DNA of 32,000 nt from Zymomonas mobilis subsp. mobilis ATCC 10988 (GCF_000175255.2 NC_017262.1:840001-872000); one strand, 5' to 3'. Shown: positions 8,968 through 18,653, counted from the first letter of the stretch. Notes: a model not told the origin generated them from the sequence alone. A program made the numbers and translations.

Positions 8968-9777
8968 ATGACCGGACAATTATGGACAGCACTCATTCTG
9001 GCAGGGCAACGCCCCGGCATTGACCCGCTCGCCGCTCAGTTTCAACAGGAATGGAAAGCGCTAACACCGATTGCTGGCGAAGCCATGCTGTCACGGGTAG
9101 CAAAAACATTGCTAGCCCTGTCGCCCGATAAAAATACAAAAACGCCTGCAATTAGTCAGATTGTTGTAATGGCACAGGAGCCCGAAGCCCTGTTAACAGG
9201 TGATTGTGCATGGATGGCCGAAGATGCGCGGATCACAACGGCTTTATCGGGAAGCGGCATTGCCAACAGCATTATCAGCCTGATCGACCAGAAAAAAATC
9301 ACCTATCCGCTTTTGGTAACGACAGCCGACCACCCTTTGCTGACAAAAGAGATGGTCACGGAATTTCTGTCCCAAGCACAGAATAGCGATTTAAGCGTTG
9401 GGGTTGTGTCTCGGAGCAATCTTCTCAAAAGCTATCCTGAAAATCGCCGGACATGGCTCTGTTTTTCGGATGATGCCTATAGCGGAGCCAATCTTTTCGC
9501 TATGGCCAATGACAAGGTAAAATCCGCCCTACAGCAATGGTCAGAAATAGAACAAAACCGTAAAAAAGCATGGCGGCTCATTCGCCATTTTGGCCTTTGC
9601 CTTGCGATCCGCGCCATCACGCGCAGTATCAGCTTTAAAAAAGCCCTCAATCAGGTTGGTAACAAGCTCGGTCTTACGATCAATCCAGTGGTTTTATCCG
9701 AACCGGAAGCTGGCATTGATGTTGATAAACTCTCGGATTATCAGCTTGCCGAAAAAATCCTAAAAAATCGACAATAA
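8968..9777 (+). CDS. MobA-like NTP-transferase (nucleotidyltransferase) family protein
   Basis: 269 aa. The N-terminal nucleotide-binding loop LILAGQRPGIDPLA followed by KALTPIAGEAML is typical of the GT-A-like NTP_transferase fold. It lies 57 nt downstream of the SMR gene on the same strand. Substrate unknown. Confidence 0.6.
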   Translation: MTGQLWTALILAGQRPGIDPLAAQFQQEWKALTPIAGEAMLSRVAKTLLALSPDKNTKTPAISQIVVMAQEPEALLTGDCAWMAEDARITTALSGSGIANSIISLIDQKKITYPLLVTTADHPLLTKEMVTEFLSQAQNSDLSVGVVSRSNLLKSYPENRRTWLCFSDDAYSGANLFAMANDKVKSALQQWSEIEQNRKKAWRLIRHFGLCLAIRAITRSISFKKALNQVGNKLGLTINPVVLSEPEAGIDVDKLSDYQLAEKILKNRQ

Positions 9778-9784
9778 CATAAAC

Positions 9785-9817
9785 AAAAAACAGCCCGCTA
9801 AAAAACGGGCTGTTTTT
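9785..9817. terminator. Bidirectional rho-independent terminator between convergent genes
   Basis: Perfect stem ACAGCCCG / CGGGCTGT with an 8-nt loop, flanked by an A-run (9785-9790) and a T-run (9813-9817). Confidence 0.8.
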
Positions 9818-9840
9818 CTAAAATGCGATCTTAAAGAATC

Positions 9841-10419
9841 CTAGACCCAAGGACGATCACTGGCCAACACGTCTTCATATTGGCTAATTTTGTCCTGATC
9901 TTTCAAAGTCAGACCGATTTCATCCAAACCTTCCAACAGGCAACGCTTGCGGAAAGGATCAATGTCGAAATGAAAGCGATCCTGAAAAGGGGTCGTGACC
10001 ACCTGATTTTCAAGATCAAGCGTAATGGGATCAGTCTTGGCGACTTCTAATAAACGCTCAACATCGGCTTCCGGCAAAACAACCGTCAACAAACCGTTTT
10101 TGAAGGCATTACCGGAAAAAATATCCGAAAAACGAGGCGCGATCACCGCCTCAATACCCATTTCCTTAATCGCCCAAGCCGCATGTTCTCGACTGGAACC
10201 GCAACCGAAATTGTCACCGGCAATCAAAATAGGCGCACCCTTATATTCGGGATTGTCAAAGACATTGCCTTCTTTCGCCCGAATAGTTTCAAAGGCACCT
10301 TTGGCCAAACCTTTACGGTCGGTCGTTTTCAGATAATGAGCCGGAATAATAATATCCGTATCAATATTACTTCCGCCCAACGGATAGGCACGACCTTCGA
10401 CTATTTTGACAGCTTTCAT
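9841..10419 (-). CDS. leuD: 3-isopropylmalate dehydratase small subunit
   Basis: 192 aa with the aconitase swivel-domain motif [16 protein letters not shown]. It overlaps leuC by 4 nt (ATGA). Confidence 0.95.
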
Positions 10420-11870
10420 GCCTTTTCTCCCATTTTAACCGGCTCCAGATGACGCAGGTCGGTCAGATGTCCGGTCACAGCCGCAGCGGCCGCCATAGCA
10501 GGTGAAACCAGATGAGTTCTGGCACCGGGGCCCTGCCGTCCGACGAAGTTACGGTTCGAGGTCGAAGCACAACGCTCACCTGCTGGAACCTTATCGGGAT
10601 TCATCGCCAAACACATCGAACAACCGGGTTCACGCCATTCAAAGCCAGCCGCTTTAAAGACTTCATCCAAACCTTCAGCCTCGGCCTGACGTTTTACCAA
10701 ACCGGATCCGGGAACGACCAAAGCCTGTTTAACGTTATCGGCGACATGCCGCCCCCAAACGACCGAAGCCGCCGCTCTCAAATCTTCAATACGGCTATTG
10801 GTGCAGCTTCCGATAAAGACGTTTTCAACTGCCAGACCTTCCATTTTCTGGCCGGGTTCTAACCCCATATATTCCAGAGAACGACGTGCCGCCGCCTGTT
10901 TGGCAGGGTCAGCAAAAGAAGCCGGATCAGGCACAACGCCGGTAATCGGTACCACATCTTCAGGGCTGGTGCCCCATGTCACGGAAGGCTGAACATCCTC
11001 GGCTTTAATGATAACGGTCTTGTCATAAACAGCCCCCTTATCAGTCGCCAAAGACTTCCACCACTGCACCGCTTTTTCCCAATCTGCGCCTTTGGGTGCC
11101 ATCGGACGACCAAAGAGATAAGCAAAGGTCTTTTCATCCGCTGCAATCAATCCGGTGCGCGCACCCGCTTCGATCGACATATTGGAAACGGTCAGACGCT
11201 CTTCGATCGACAGATTGCGGATCGCCTCACCGGTATATTCAATAGCATATCCGGTGCCGCCTGCGGTGCCTAAGCTATGAATGATATGAAGGATCAGGTC
11301 TTTTGCCGACACATCGGGAGACAGCTTGCCTTCAACCCGAACTTCCATAGTCTTGGCAGGGGTTAGGATCAAAGTCTGGGTTGCCATGACATGTTCGACT
11401 TCAGAAGTCCCGATACCGAAAGCCAAAGCCCCCAAGGCTCCATGAGCCGCCGTATGACTATCACCACACACCAAAGTCGTTCCGGGCAAGGTAAAACCCT
11501 GTTCAGGGCCCACGACATGGACAATGCCCTGTTCAGGGTCAGTCGCACTGATATAGCGAACCCCAAATTCTGGCGCATTTTTAGCCAAAGCCGCTAATTG
11601 CTTTGCCGATTGTGGGTCGGCAATTGGTAACAGATGGCCTTCACTATCGACACGTGCGGTTGTCGGCACATTGTGATCCGGCACCGCCAAAGTCCGATCA
11701 GGGCGACGCAAGGGGCGACCTGCCTGACGCAGGGCTTCAAAAGCCTGCGGGCTGGTCACTTCATGGACAAGATGCCGATCGATATAGATAAGAGCAGAAC
11801 CATCCTCACGACGCTCGACAATATGAGCGTCCCATATTTTTTCATAAAGAGTGCGGGGATTTTTTGTCAT
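10416..11870 (-). CDS. leuC: 3-isopropylmalate dehydratase large subunit
   Basis: Aconitase-family motifs [18 protein letters not shown] and CSMCLAMN, with an N-terminus of [12 protein letters not shown]. The ORF track starts at 11876. The AAGGA RBS abuts that ATG but is 6 nt from the ATG at 11870, so 11870 is preferred. Confidence 0.95.
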
Positions 11871-11974
11871 AATCATTCCTTTGGCGGCGTTTTTTAACGC
11901 TATTCGTTATAATTGCAATATCGCCGCCCTTATGGATAGCAAGCACACACCCCAAGAAAGGCCTCGCTTTGCCT

Positions 11975-13537
11975 TTATTTCTTATGGGATGCCTTGTCTT
12001 TCTTGGCCGCTGCCGGTGCTGGCTTTTTCACAGCATTTCCTTTCGCCTTTTTATCCGCCGCTACCACTTTCTTGGTAACGACCGAATGCGCAGACGCTTT
12101 CGAAGATGTCGTTTTGCTATGATTTTCTTTGGTCGGTAAAGCAGTCTTGCCGCCTTTTCCCTTTTTCGCATTCACAGATGACGGATGATGCCGTTCCAAC
12201 TGCAATCGCTCTTTCTTTGATATAGGATGCGCCGCGCGATGCACAAGCGGGGCTTGGTCTGGTGTATCCAATTCCATCCAGTCATGGAAGGGCTGGTGAT
12301 AGAGCATATCCATCACCTCCAATTGCACTCCCGTTGGACGCGGACTTTCACTATTCCATAGCGCGGCCACACCGGATTTTAATTTGGGATCAAACAATAA
12401 CAAGGAACGGTAACCACTCACCGCGCCCCGATGCCCTACCATCAAATGACCACGGTAATGATAGACCCGAAAAGCCATGGCATAGGCGGCATCATCCATC
12501 GCATGATCGACAGGCCCTCCTTTCCATGTGCCAGTATTGATCTGGGGTTGATGAATACGATTTAATAAAGACGGCGACAAAGTTTCTGGATCCATCCCCA
12601 TTTGCGCCCGCATCCAACGTCCCAAATCGAGAATAGAACTATTCACACCACCAGCGGCTGGGATCCGGTAATAATTTTCTTTGACCTCGCGGGTATGCTG
12701 CCAGACATGAGGCTCCGCCCAATCAGCTGAATTGACCAAAGCATTGCGGCCAATCGAGGCGGAATACATCCCCAAAGGCAAAAACAGATAACGCCGCACG
12801 GCTTGGGCATAACTCATGCCGGTTACGCGTTCGACAATCTCATGCGCCGTATCAAACGCGACATTCTGATAGCCATAACATTGCCCGACAGAACAACTTA
12901 AATGCAAATGATCCAAATTCTGGCGCAGCGTCGCCGGATCTTCGCCATGCTCCAAACGGTCATCATAGGCATTATGGACCAAACCCAAACGCTGCGATAA
13001 CAACATCCGAATAGTCGCTTGCTGTTCGGCATGTTCTGGCAAGCGAAGACTGGTGCTGTAGCGGGCAATAATATCGTCAATAGACAGGCGTTTTTGATCG
13101 GCCAATAAATTGACCAAAGTCGAAGCCACCCCTTTCGACAAAGACGCCCAACGGAATACTGTATTGGGGGTTACCGAAGCATGTCCCCCTGCCCGCCTAA
13201 CACCATAGCCACGGACAAAACGGATTTTACCATTTTCGACGATAACAACGCCCAATCCTACCATCGTCTGGGATTCCATCAAACGATTCAGACGTTGGTC
13301 TATTTTCTGATAATCAATAACAGAAGTGCCTTCTTCCGGCGGTGCCAGCGTTTGCACAACCGTATTATTGACCGGCTCAGCGGCTTGAATCATTGACGGG
13401 ACAAGACAGGAAAACGCGGTTAACAGCGTGCCGGTTTTCAATGCGATTTTATGAAGAGAGGCGATCCTGTTTTTGCAATAAACTGTTTTAACACGGCGTA
13501 AATTTTTAACAGCCGTTATGATCGTCCGACACTTCAT
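11975..13537 (-). CDS. Secreted serine hydrolase of the beta-lactamase / PBP (class C-like) fold with a Lys/Ala/Pro-rich C-terminal tail
   Basis: SxxK motif (ASLSKG), YxN motif (YGYQNVAF) and HxG motif (GHRGAVSGY). A signal-like N-terminus (LLTAFSCLVPSMIQA-AEP) follows the Met at 13537; the ORF track start at 13600 adds 21 unlikely residues. The last roughly 88 aa are low-complexity and K-rich. Confidence 0.8.
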   Translation of the reverse strand: MKCRTIITAVKNLRRVKTVYCKNRIASLHKIALKTGTLLTAFSCLVPSMIQAAEPVNNTVVQTLAPPEEGTSVIDYQKIDQRLNRLMESQTMVGLGVVIVENGKIRFVRGYGVRRAGGHASVTPNTVFRWASLSKGVASTLVNLLADQKRLSIDDIIARYSTSLRLPEHAEQQATIRMLLSQRLGLVHNAYDDRLEHGEDPATLRQNLDHLHLSCSVGQCYGYQNVAFDTAHEIVERVTGMSYAQAVRRYLFLPLGMYSASIGRNALVNSADWAEPHVWQHTREVKENYYRIPAAGGVNSSILDLGRWMRAQMGMDPETLSPSLLNRIHQPQINTGTWKGGPVDHAMDDAAYAMAFRVYHYRGHLMVGHRGAVSGYRSLLLFDPKLKSGVAALWNSESPRPTGVQLEVMDMLYHQPFHDWMELDTPDQAPLVHRAAHPISKKERLQLERHHPSSVNAKKGKGGKTALPTKENHSKTTSSKASAHSVVTKKVVAADKKAKGNAVKKPAPAAAKKDKASHKK

Positions 13538-13966
13538 GCCATACCCTTTACCATTCTGCCCAAAAAAGCGGACAGTGAATAAAAACAGACCGTCATTCAA
13601 ATGATTGGCGCGAAAAGAGACGACTCAGATAAAGTCGTCCTCTCTTCTTCGATAGCGTTTTTTCATAAAAAGACAGGAAAATTTAGACGAAACTCAATAG
13701 CTTTATTTCATCAAGATAAAAGAGGGATCAGATTAATAGTGCCGGATTTTAGACAGTCACAACAAAGGGGTCTATTTTGGTCGAAAATGACTTTTCAAAA
13801 CGCCCAAAAACAAAAATGATTTTTGCGAAAAGGCTCTTCGAGAAAAGACGCATTTCAGAAAAGGGAATAAACAATTTTTCCTGACGCCTTTCATACCATG
13901 TCCTCATCAGAAAGACTTTATGACCATAAGGTAAAATCATTCTGACGAGGCGCAAAAAGAAAGCGG

Positions 13967-15031
13967 CTATGGAATAATATGTTCAGCCCGCAAACGTTCA
14001 AATAAATCGAAAAAGGAATGCGGCGTATATTGATAGCCCGTAAATCCGCCAAGGCGGCTCTTGCTCATATCGGTCACGGTCTCAAGCGGGCGATCCAAAT
14101 CGGCATCGGTATGCCATGCCGAATTTAACTTCTCAAATCCGATATTTTTAAGCTGATACCGCTTCACAATATCCTGCCATAAATCCGCATCCCCTGATAA
14201 AGTATCAGCCAAAGAGGTGATTTTTTCAGGATAGGGTGCGGCTTCGATTCCGAACCATTCCGCCAATTTTGGCCATAACCATTTCCAGCGGAAAATATCG
14301 CCATTCACGACATTAAACGCCTCATTTTGCCCTTCGGCACGGGTCGAAGCCCATAACACATGATCCGCTAACAGGCGGGCATCGGTCAAATCAGATAAAG
14401 CATGCCATTGTTCAGGCGATCCCGGAAAGATAAAGGGACGGCCTGTTTCGCGACAAATAGTGGCATAAACTGCCAAAGTTGTGCCCATATTCATCACATT
14501 GCCAAGGGCATAGCCAATAATGCTATGGGGACGATGGACGCTCCATGAAAAGCCATATTGCTTCGACGCTTTGAACAAAGCATCTTCTTGATTGTAGTAA
14601 AAATTTTCGAGATCAAGACGCGGCACACTTTCTCGAAAAGGCGTTTCAATCGCGCCCCCTTTGGCATAATTTTCAAAAGAACCCAGATAATGCTTCATGC
14701 CGGTAATCAGCGCACTATGCTTGATCTTTTCAGGATGGGGTAGAGCCTGAAAAATATGGGTAATCATTTCGCTGTTAACGATGCAATTTTCTTTTTCTGT
14801 TGGACGACGTGACCATGCACAAAAAAAGACATGGGAGACAGAAATATCGGCTAAAGCCTGCTGCAAGGCTTCCCTGTCAAAAATATCGGCAGCAACAGGC
14901 AAAACCCCACTCACAATATCAAAGGGATGCCGTGCTAAACCATAGACCGTCCAACCTTCCGCAACCAAACGATTGGAGAGATTTTGACCGACAATACCCG
15001 TCGATCCGACAACCAACGCTTTAAGAGCCAT
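13967..15031 (-). CDS. Atypical SDR of the PRISE family (progesterone 5-beta-reductase / iridoid synthase-like enone reductase)
   Basis: 354 aa with a Rossmann N-terminus ALVVGSTGIVGQNL. PRISE-type blocks are VFFCAWSRRPTEKENC, PRLDLENFYYNQED, WSVHRPHSIIGY...MNMGTTLAVYATICRETGRPFIFPGS and FNVVNGDIFRWKWLWPKLAEWFGIE. These match my memory of plant P5betaR sequences. Confidence 0.75.
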   Translation of the reverse strand: MALKALVVGSTGIVGQNLSNRLVAEGWTVYGLARHPFDIVSGVLPVAADIFDREALQQALADISVSHVFFCAWSRRPTEKENCIVNSEMITHIFQALPHPEKIKHSALITGMKHYLGSFENYAKGGAIETPFRESVPRLDLENFYYNQEDALFKASKQYGFSWSVHRPHSIIGYALGNVMNMGTTLAVYATICRETGRPFIFPGSPEQWHALSDLTDARLLADHVLWASTRAEGQNEAFNVVNGDIFRWKWLWPKLAEWFGIEAAPYPEKITSLADTLSGDADLWQDIVKRYQLKNIGFEKLNSAWHTDADLDRPLETVTDMSKSRLGGFTGYQYTPHSFFDLFERLRAEHIIP

Positions 15032-15099
15032 AATTGATATTTCCTTTTCAACACGCTTCTGTCAGGAGCATGTCTGTTCTGGAAAATATCCGCAATCCG

Positions 15100-15115
15100 G
15101 CACTATTTTGTGCCT
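15100..15115. promoter_or_regulatory. Inverted repeat GGCAC-N6-GTGCC in the divergent SDR/hxlR promoter region (candidate operator)
   Basis: GGCACTATTTTGTGCC read directly at 15100-15115, 23 nt upstream of the hxlR-family start. The arms are only 5 bp. Confidence 0.3.
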
Positions 15116-15137
15116 TGGTCACTGAAAGGTTACCCCT

Positions 15138-15518
15138 TTGACTCCGCCTCTTCCCGAAGAATATCGCCACCCACCCTTTGATGAAGATTGCGCGCCCAGA
15201 CAGTTATTACGTTTATTAAGCGGGAAATGGACAACGATGATTTTGCACAGCCTCCATCTCTTGGGAGGACATGCCCGTCCAACCCAGTTGATGCGGGCTA
15301 TTCCGGGTCTATCCAAAAAAATGATGACCCAAACATTAAAAGAATTGGAACAACGACAATGGGTTTATCGCGATATAGAGCAAGTGATGCCCCCGATTGT
15401 CGAATATAGGTTAACCGAATTGGGACAGCTTTTTGTCGAACCTATTGAAATGCTTTACCAATGGGGCATTGCCCATAGCGAGGCATTAAACAGGGCATAT
15501 TCTCCCGAAAAACCATAA
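15138..15518 (+). CDS. HxlR-family winged-helix transcriptional regulator
   Basis: 126 aa. CAPRQLLRLLSGKWTTMILHSL...LSKKMMTQTLKELEQRQWVYRD...PPIVEYRLTELG is the HxlR/MarR-like wHTH pattern. It has a TTG start with a GAAAGG RBS, and is divergent from the SDR gene. Confidence 0.85.
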   Translation: MTPPLPEEYRHPPFDEDCAPRQLLRLLSGKWTTMILHSLHLLGGHARPTQLMRAIPGLSKKMMTQTLKELEQRQWVYRDIEQVMPPIVEYRLTELGQLFVEPIEMLYQWGIAHSEALNRAYSPEKP

Positions 15519-15582
15519 AAAAAGACAGTCGAAAGGACATTCTTTCAACTGCCTTTTTTCTTTCCGCTTGTGCCAAAAAAAC

Positions 15583-16851
15583 TTAGTCACAACTACAATG
15601 CAGCCGCCATGACAGCCATGCGGCAACACAACACATCCCCGCGACGGAATATAAAATCTGGGAAGTTGAAAAACCGCTATTGCTAGCAAGGGCTGCCAAA
15701 AAACCACCCAAAACCATCGCACCAGATGTCATAATGTTATTAGCCGCAACCGTGCGGGCAGTGTGATCTTTCTCAACGGTCGTCGTCAAAAAAGCATAAA
15801 GCGGCACAACAAACATCCCGCCAGTAATGGCAACTGCCAACAAAGCAGAGAAGACCAAGATAACACCGGGCTGTTGGATAAATTCAGGCACCGAGAAAAA
15901 ACGATGAACGGGGATATTATGCCAACGCCCGATAACCTGCTCAAACCATAAGACCGAAGCGCCCATTGCCAAAACCGAACCGGGGGCATAGCGGGCAGAT
16001 ACCTTACCGCAAAGAAGGCGATTAATCAGAACCGAACCAATCGCCACACCGATAGAAAAAATCGCTAGAAAGAGACTAGCTACCTGCTTATCCGCATAAA
16101 AAAGATTTTTAACCAAAGGCGGGAATTGGATAATCAGCACCGACCCGATAGCCCAGAAAAAGCTGATCGAACAAATCGCCAAAAACAAACGCGGAATATG
16201 CATTGTTGCCGAGATCAGACGGTAAGAGGCACGAAAGATATGATGATCAATCGGCTCGCCTTCTTTTTCGGCTTTGGCATCGGGAATAGATTTCGATGCA
16301 TAACAGCCCGATAAAGCGACCAACAAAATCACGGCACCGGCGATTTGGCTATTCACAAAACCGGCTACCACCGTTCCCCCCAGAATAGCGAGATAACTAC
16401 CGGCTTCAACAAGGCCAGTTCCTCCCAAAACTTCATCTTTTTTCAGATGCTGGGGTAAAATCGCATATTTGATCGGGCCAAAGAAAGTCGAATGGATGCC
16501 CATCGCAAAAACGGCGATCAGCATTAACGGGATCGAATGTCCCCATAGACCGATAGCGCCCGTCGCCATGATAGCGATTTCCGCTATTTTAACGATGCGG
16601 ATAATGCGGGCTTTGTCATGGCTATCAGCCAATTGTCCCGCCAAAGCCGAAAACAGAAAAAAAGGTATAATAAAGATGCCGGTTGCCAGCGCAGAAAAAC
16701 GGGTTTCCATTTGAGGATTGGAATAAATCCCATAAGTCGCGACCAGAACTACCACTGTCCTGAACAGGTTATCGTTAAAAGCTCCCAAGGTCTGGGTAAC
16801 GAAAAGCGGCAGGAACCGGCGTTTATTCAGAAGCCGGATAGAAGCTTTCAT
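15583..16851 (-). CDS. MFS transporter (tentatively LplT-like lysophospholipid transporter subfamily)
   Basis: 422 aa with about 12 TM segments. The N-terminus RRFLPLFVTQTLGAFNDNLFRTVV resembles the MFS module of LplT/Aas-type proteins. The subfamily call is from memory only. Confidence 0.8.
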   Translation of the reverse strand: MKASIRLLNKRRFLPLFVTQTLGAFNDNLFRTVVVLVATYGIYSNPQMETRFSALATGIFIIPFFLFSALAGQLADSHDKARIIRIVKIAEIAIMATGAIGLWGHSIPLMLIAVFAMGIHSTFFGPIKYAILPQHLKKDEVLGGTGLVEAGSYLAILGGTVVAGFVNSQIAGAVILLVALSGCYASKSIPDAKAEKEGEPIDHHIFRASYRLISATMHIPRLFLAICSISFFWAIGSVLIIQFPPLVKNLFYADKQVASLFLAIFSIGVAIGSVLINRLLCGKVSARYAPGSVLAMGASVLWFEQVIGRWHNIPVHRFFSVPEFIQQPGVILVFSALLAVAITGGMFVVPLYAFLTTTVEKDHTARTVAANNIMTSGAMVLGGFLAALASNSGFSTSQILYSVAGMCCVAAWLSWRLHCSCD

Positions 16852-17352
16852 GCCGGAAAAAACTCATATTGTCCTAGAAGGCATCTCTCATAACGAAAGC
16901 AGGGAATAGAGCCAAGGGGCAGAAGCCGCTAGAAAAAGGAAAAAATACACCCGACCCTTTTTCAAAGCCGAAAAAAGCGAACATTTTTACCTTTGCAGCA
17001 AGGCAGCCTTTTTACCCAAAAATCGTTTTTTCAAAGGAAAATAGATAGGTTTGACAGCAGGTTATCTTGGCGATATGCAAGATTTGAAACCGCGTCTCAT
17101 AAAGATAACTTCAAAGGCAATATTGGACAGATAGCGGCAACGCAGATGTTGTTTTCAAGTTGTTAATGGGACATAGTCTTTCTCGTCGCTGCCCGTTTTG
17201 CGATTTGTCATTTCTGATAAGGCAATAGGGCATCCTCGAAATAGGAGAAGGCTGCTACAGGTAGCTTTTTCGCGGTCGGGCATGACCGTTTTACAAAAAA
17301 AAGCCTTTCTTCCGCAAGGATCAAGGCCGATGCCAAAGGAACTGATCGTGCC

Positions 17353-17904
17353 ATGCTGACATTGCCGAATGTCCTGACTCTTTCCCGTATTTTTGCGGTT
17401 CCGGTTTTGGTTGCCCTGCTCTGGAATCCGGGCTGGCTGGGCTATGTCTGCGCTTTTCTTTTATATTGCCTGATGGCGATTACTGATTATTTCGACGGCT
17501 ATCTTGCCCGCGCGCAGGGGACGGTTTCAAAACTCGGCATTTTTCTTGATCCGATCGCGGATAAAATCATGGTAGCTTCGGTTATCGTGATGTTGATCTC
17601 CCGCCATCCGCTGATTGCCGGTTTCCATATTTTGGCGGCATTGATTATCTTGCTGCGGGAAATCGCGGTTTCTGGCCTACGGGAATTTCTGGCCGAATTG
17701 CATGTTTCTTTGCCTGTCAGCCAATTGGCCAAATGGAAAACGACCTTCCAGCTGGTCGCTTTTGGAGCCATCATTCTCAGCGGAGCCACCCTTAGCACGC
17801 CTTTGGTCAGCATCCTCGGCTTGACGTCTTTATGGATAGCCGCTAGCTTAACACTTATCACCGGATGGGATTATTTGCGTATCGGCATCAAACATATGGA
17901 TTGA
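17353..17904 (+). CDS. pgsA: CDP-diacylglycerol--glycerol-3-phosphate 3-phosphatidyltransferase
   Basis: 183 aa with the CDP-alcohol phosphatidyltransferase motif DYFDGYLARAQGTVSKLGIFLDPIADK. The N-terminus LPNVLTLSRIFAVP is also typical. Confidence 0.9.
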   Translation: MLTLPNVLTLSRIFAVPVLVALLWNPGWLGYVCAFLLYCLMAITDYFDGYLARAQGTVSKLGIFLDPIADKIMVASVIVMLISRHPLIAGFHILAALIILLREIAVSGLREFLAELHVSLPVSQLAKWKTTFQLVAFGAIILSGATLSTPLVSILGLTSLWIAASLTLITGWDYLRIGIKHMD

Positions 17905-18349
17905 TGCCGGATTATTCTCCCAATCTGAATAACCCTTTTTCGATAACGACAAATGGATTTCTAATTTGCCATTTCTGTTTTTAGTAAAACCTGTTTCTAT
18001 TCGTAACTGCAAAACGGCTTTTTCCTCAGGCTATGACCAATCTCATATAGCCTGATTTCCTAATTATCAGCCTGTACTGATTCCCGTTTTTCTTCCGCAA
18101 GTCTGCCTTTTTCTGTTTCTCTTTGTTTCGGACATACTTTTTCATCCGAAATGAATATATTCTTTTTTCTCGGACACAGAGATGAAACACAGCTTTTTCA
18201 TACTGTTACCGAGGCCATCAAGCAGAAAAGATCCAGCAGAGCCTCGATATAATTGATTATCTTTTATTTTAAAAAAATAATTTTTTATATTTATTTATGC
18301 GGAAAATATGTTAGTTTATTTCTTATAAAAATAAAAAAAGGAGAGAATC

Positions 18350-18571
18350 ATGCTGAATCTTTCTGACTTTTCCCTGTCGCTTTTGCTGCCCGTTATTTTG
18401 ATTTTGTCAGCCGCTTTGACTTTGGCTTTCTATTTTGCCAACCGGAAAGACAACTATCATTCGAAATTTCCAGCCGTGCGCATTGCGATAGGTTCTTTTG
18501 CCTATTTTGCGGTATCCGCCTTTATCTTAAGCCATATCGGCGAATTACTTTACGATACCATGTTATCATAA
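18350..18571 (+). CDS. Small hypothetical membrane protein (73 aa, 2 TM)
   Basis: A strong AAAGGAGAG RBS lies 5 nt before the ATG. There are two hydrophobic helices, and a strong terminator follows. Confidence 0.55.
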   Translation: MLNLSDFSLSLLLPVILILSAALTLAFYFANRKDNYHSKFPAVRIAIGSFAYFAVSAFILSHIGELLYDTMLS

Positions 18572-18613
18572 AGGCGCTTTCTTCACGGCAACAAAGACCG
18601 CCCTTGCTTGCTC

Positions 18614-18650
18614 ATAACCTCATGTCAAAAAGACATGAGGTTATTTTTTT
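18614..18650 (+). terminator. Rho-independent terminator
   Basis: Perfect 13-bp stem ATAACCTCATGTC / GACATGAGGTTAT with loop AAAAA, followed by a T-run (18645-18650). It abuts the bioB stop on the other strand. Confidence 0.85.
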
Positions 18651-18653
18651 GTC

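Noticed and set aside
11877-11974. Mutually exclusive pairings in the leuC leader. GGCGGCG (11883-11889) pairs with CGCCGCC (11921-11927), while a local GCGTT-TTTT-AACGC hairpin forms at 11887-11900 next to the RBS. This could be an attenuator.
   Set aside because: There is no leader peptide ORF with Leu codons and no terminator U-tract. The short stems could be chance or the terminator of the upstream gene.
13601-13955. ORFs 13601-13819 (+) and 13749-13955 (-) in the spacer between the beta-lactamase-fold gene and the PRISE SDR gene. There is also a hairpin GACGACT-N7-AGTCGTC at 13619-13639.
   Set aside because: The ORFs overlap each other, lack RBS sequences and have odd composition. The hairpin has no upstream gene on its strand to terminate. 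I could not support any feature.
16897-16930. The sequence AAGCAGGGAATAGAGCCAAGGGGCAGAAGCCGC superficially recalls the SRP (4.5S) RNA domain IV (GGAAGCAGCCAAGGCAGA).
   Set aside because: The flanking conserved GGUCCGGAAGG element and the complementary 5'/3' helix are absent. This is not an SRP RNA.
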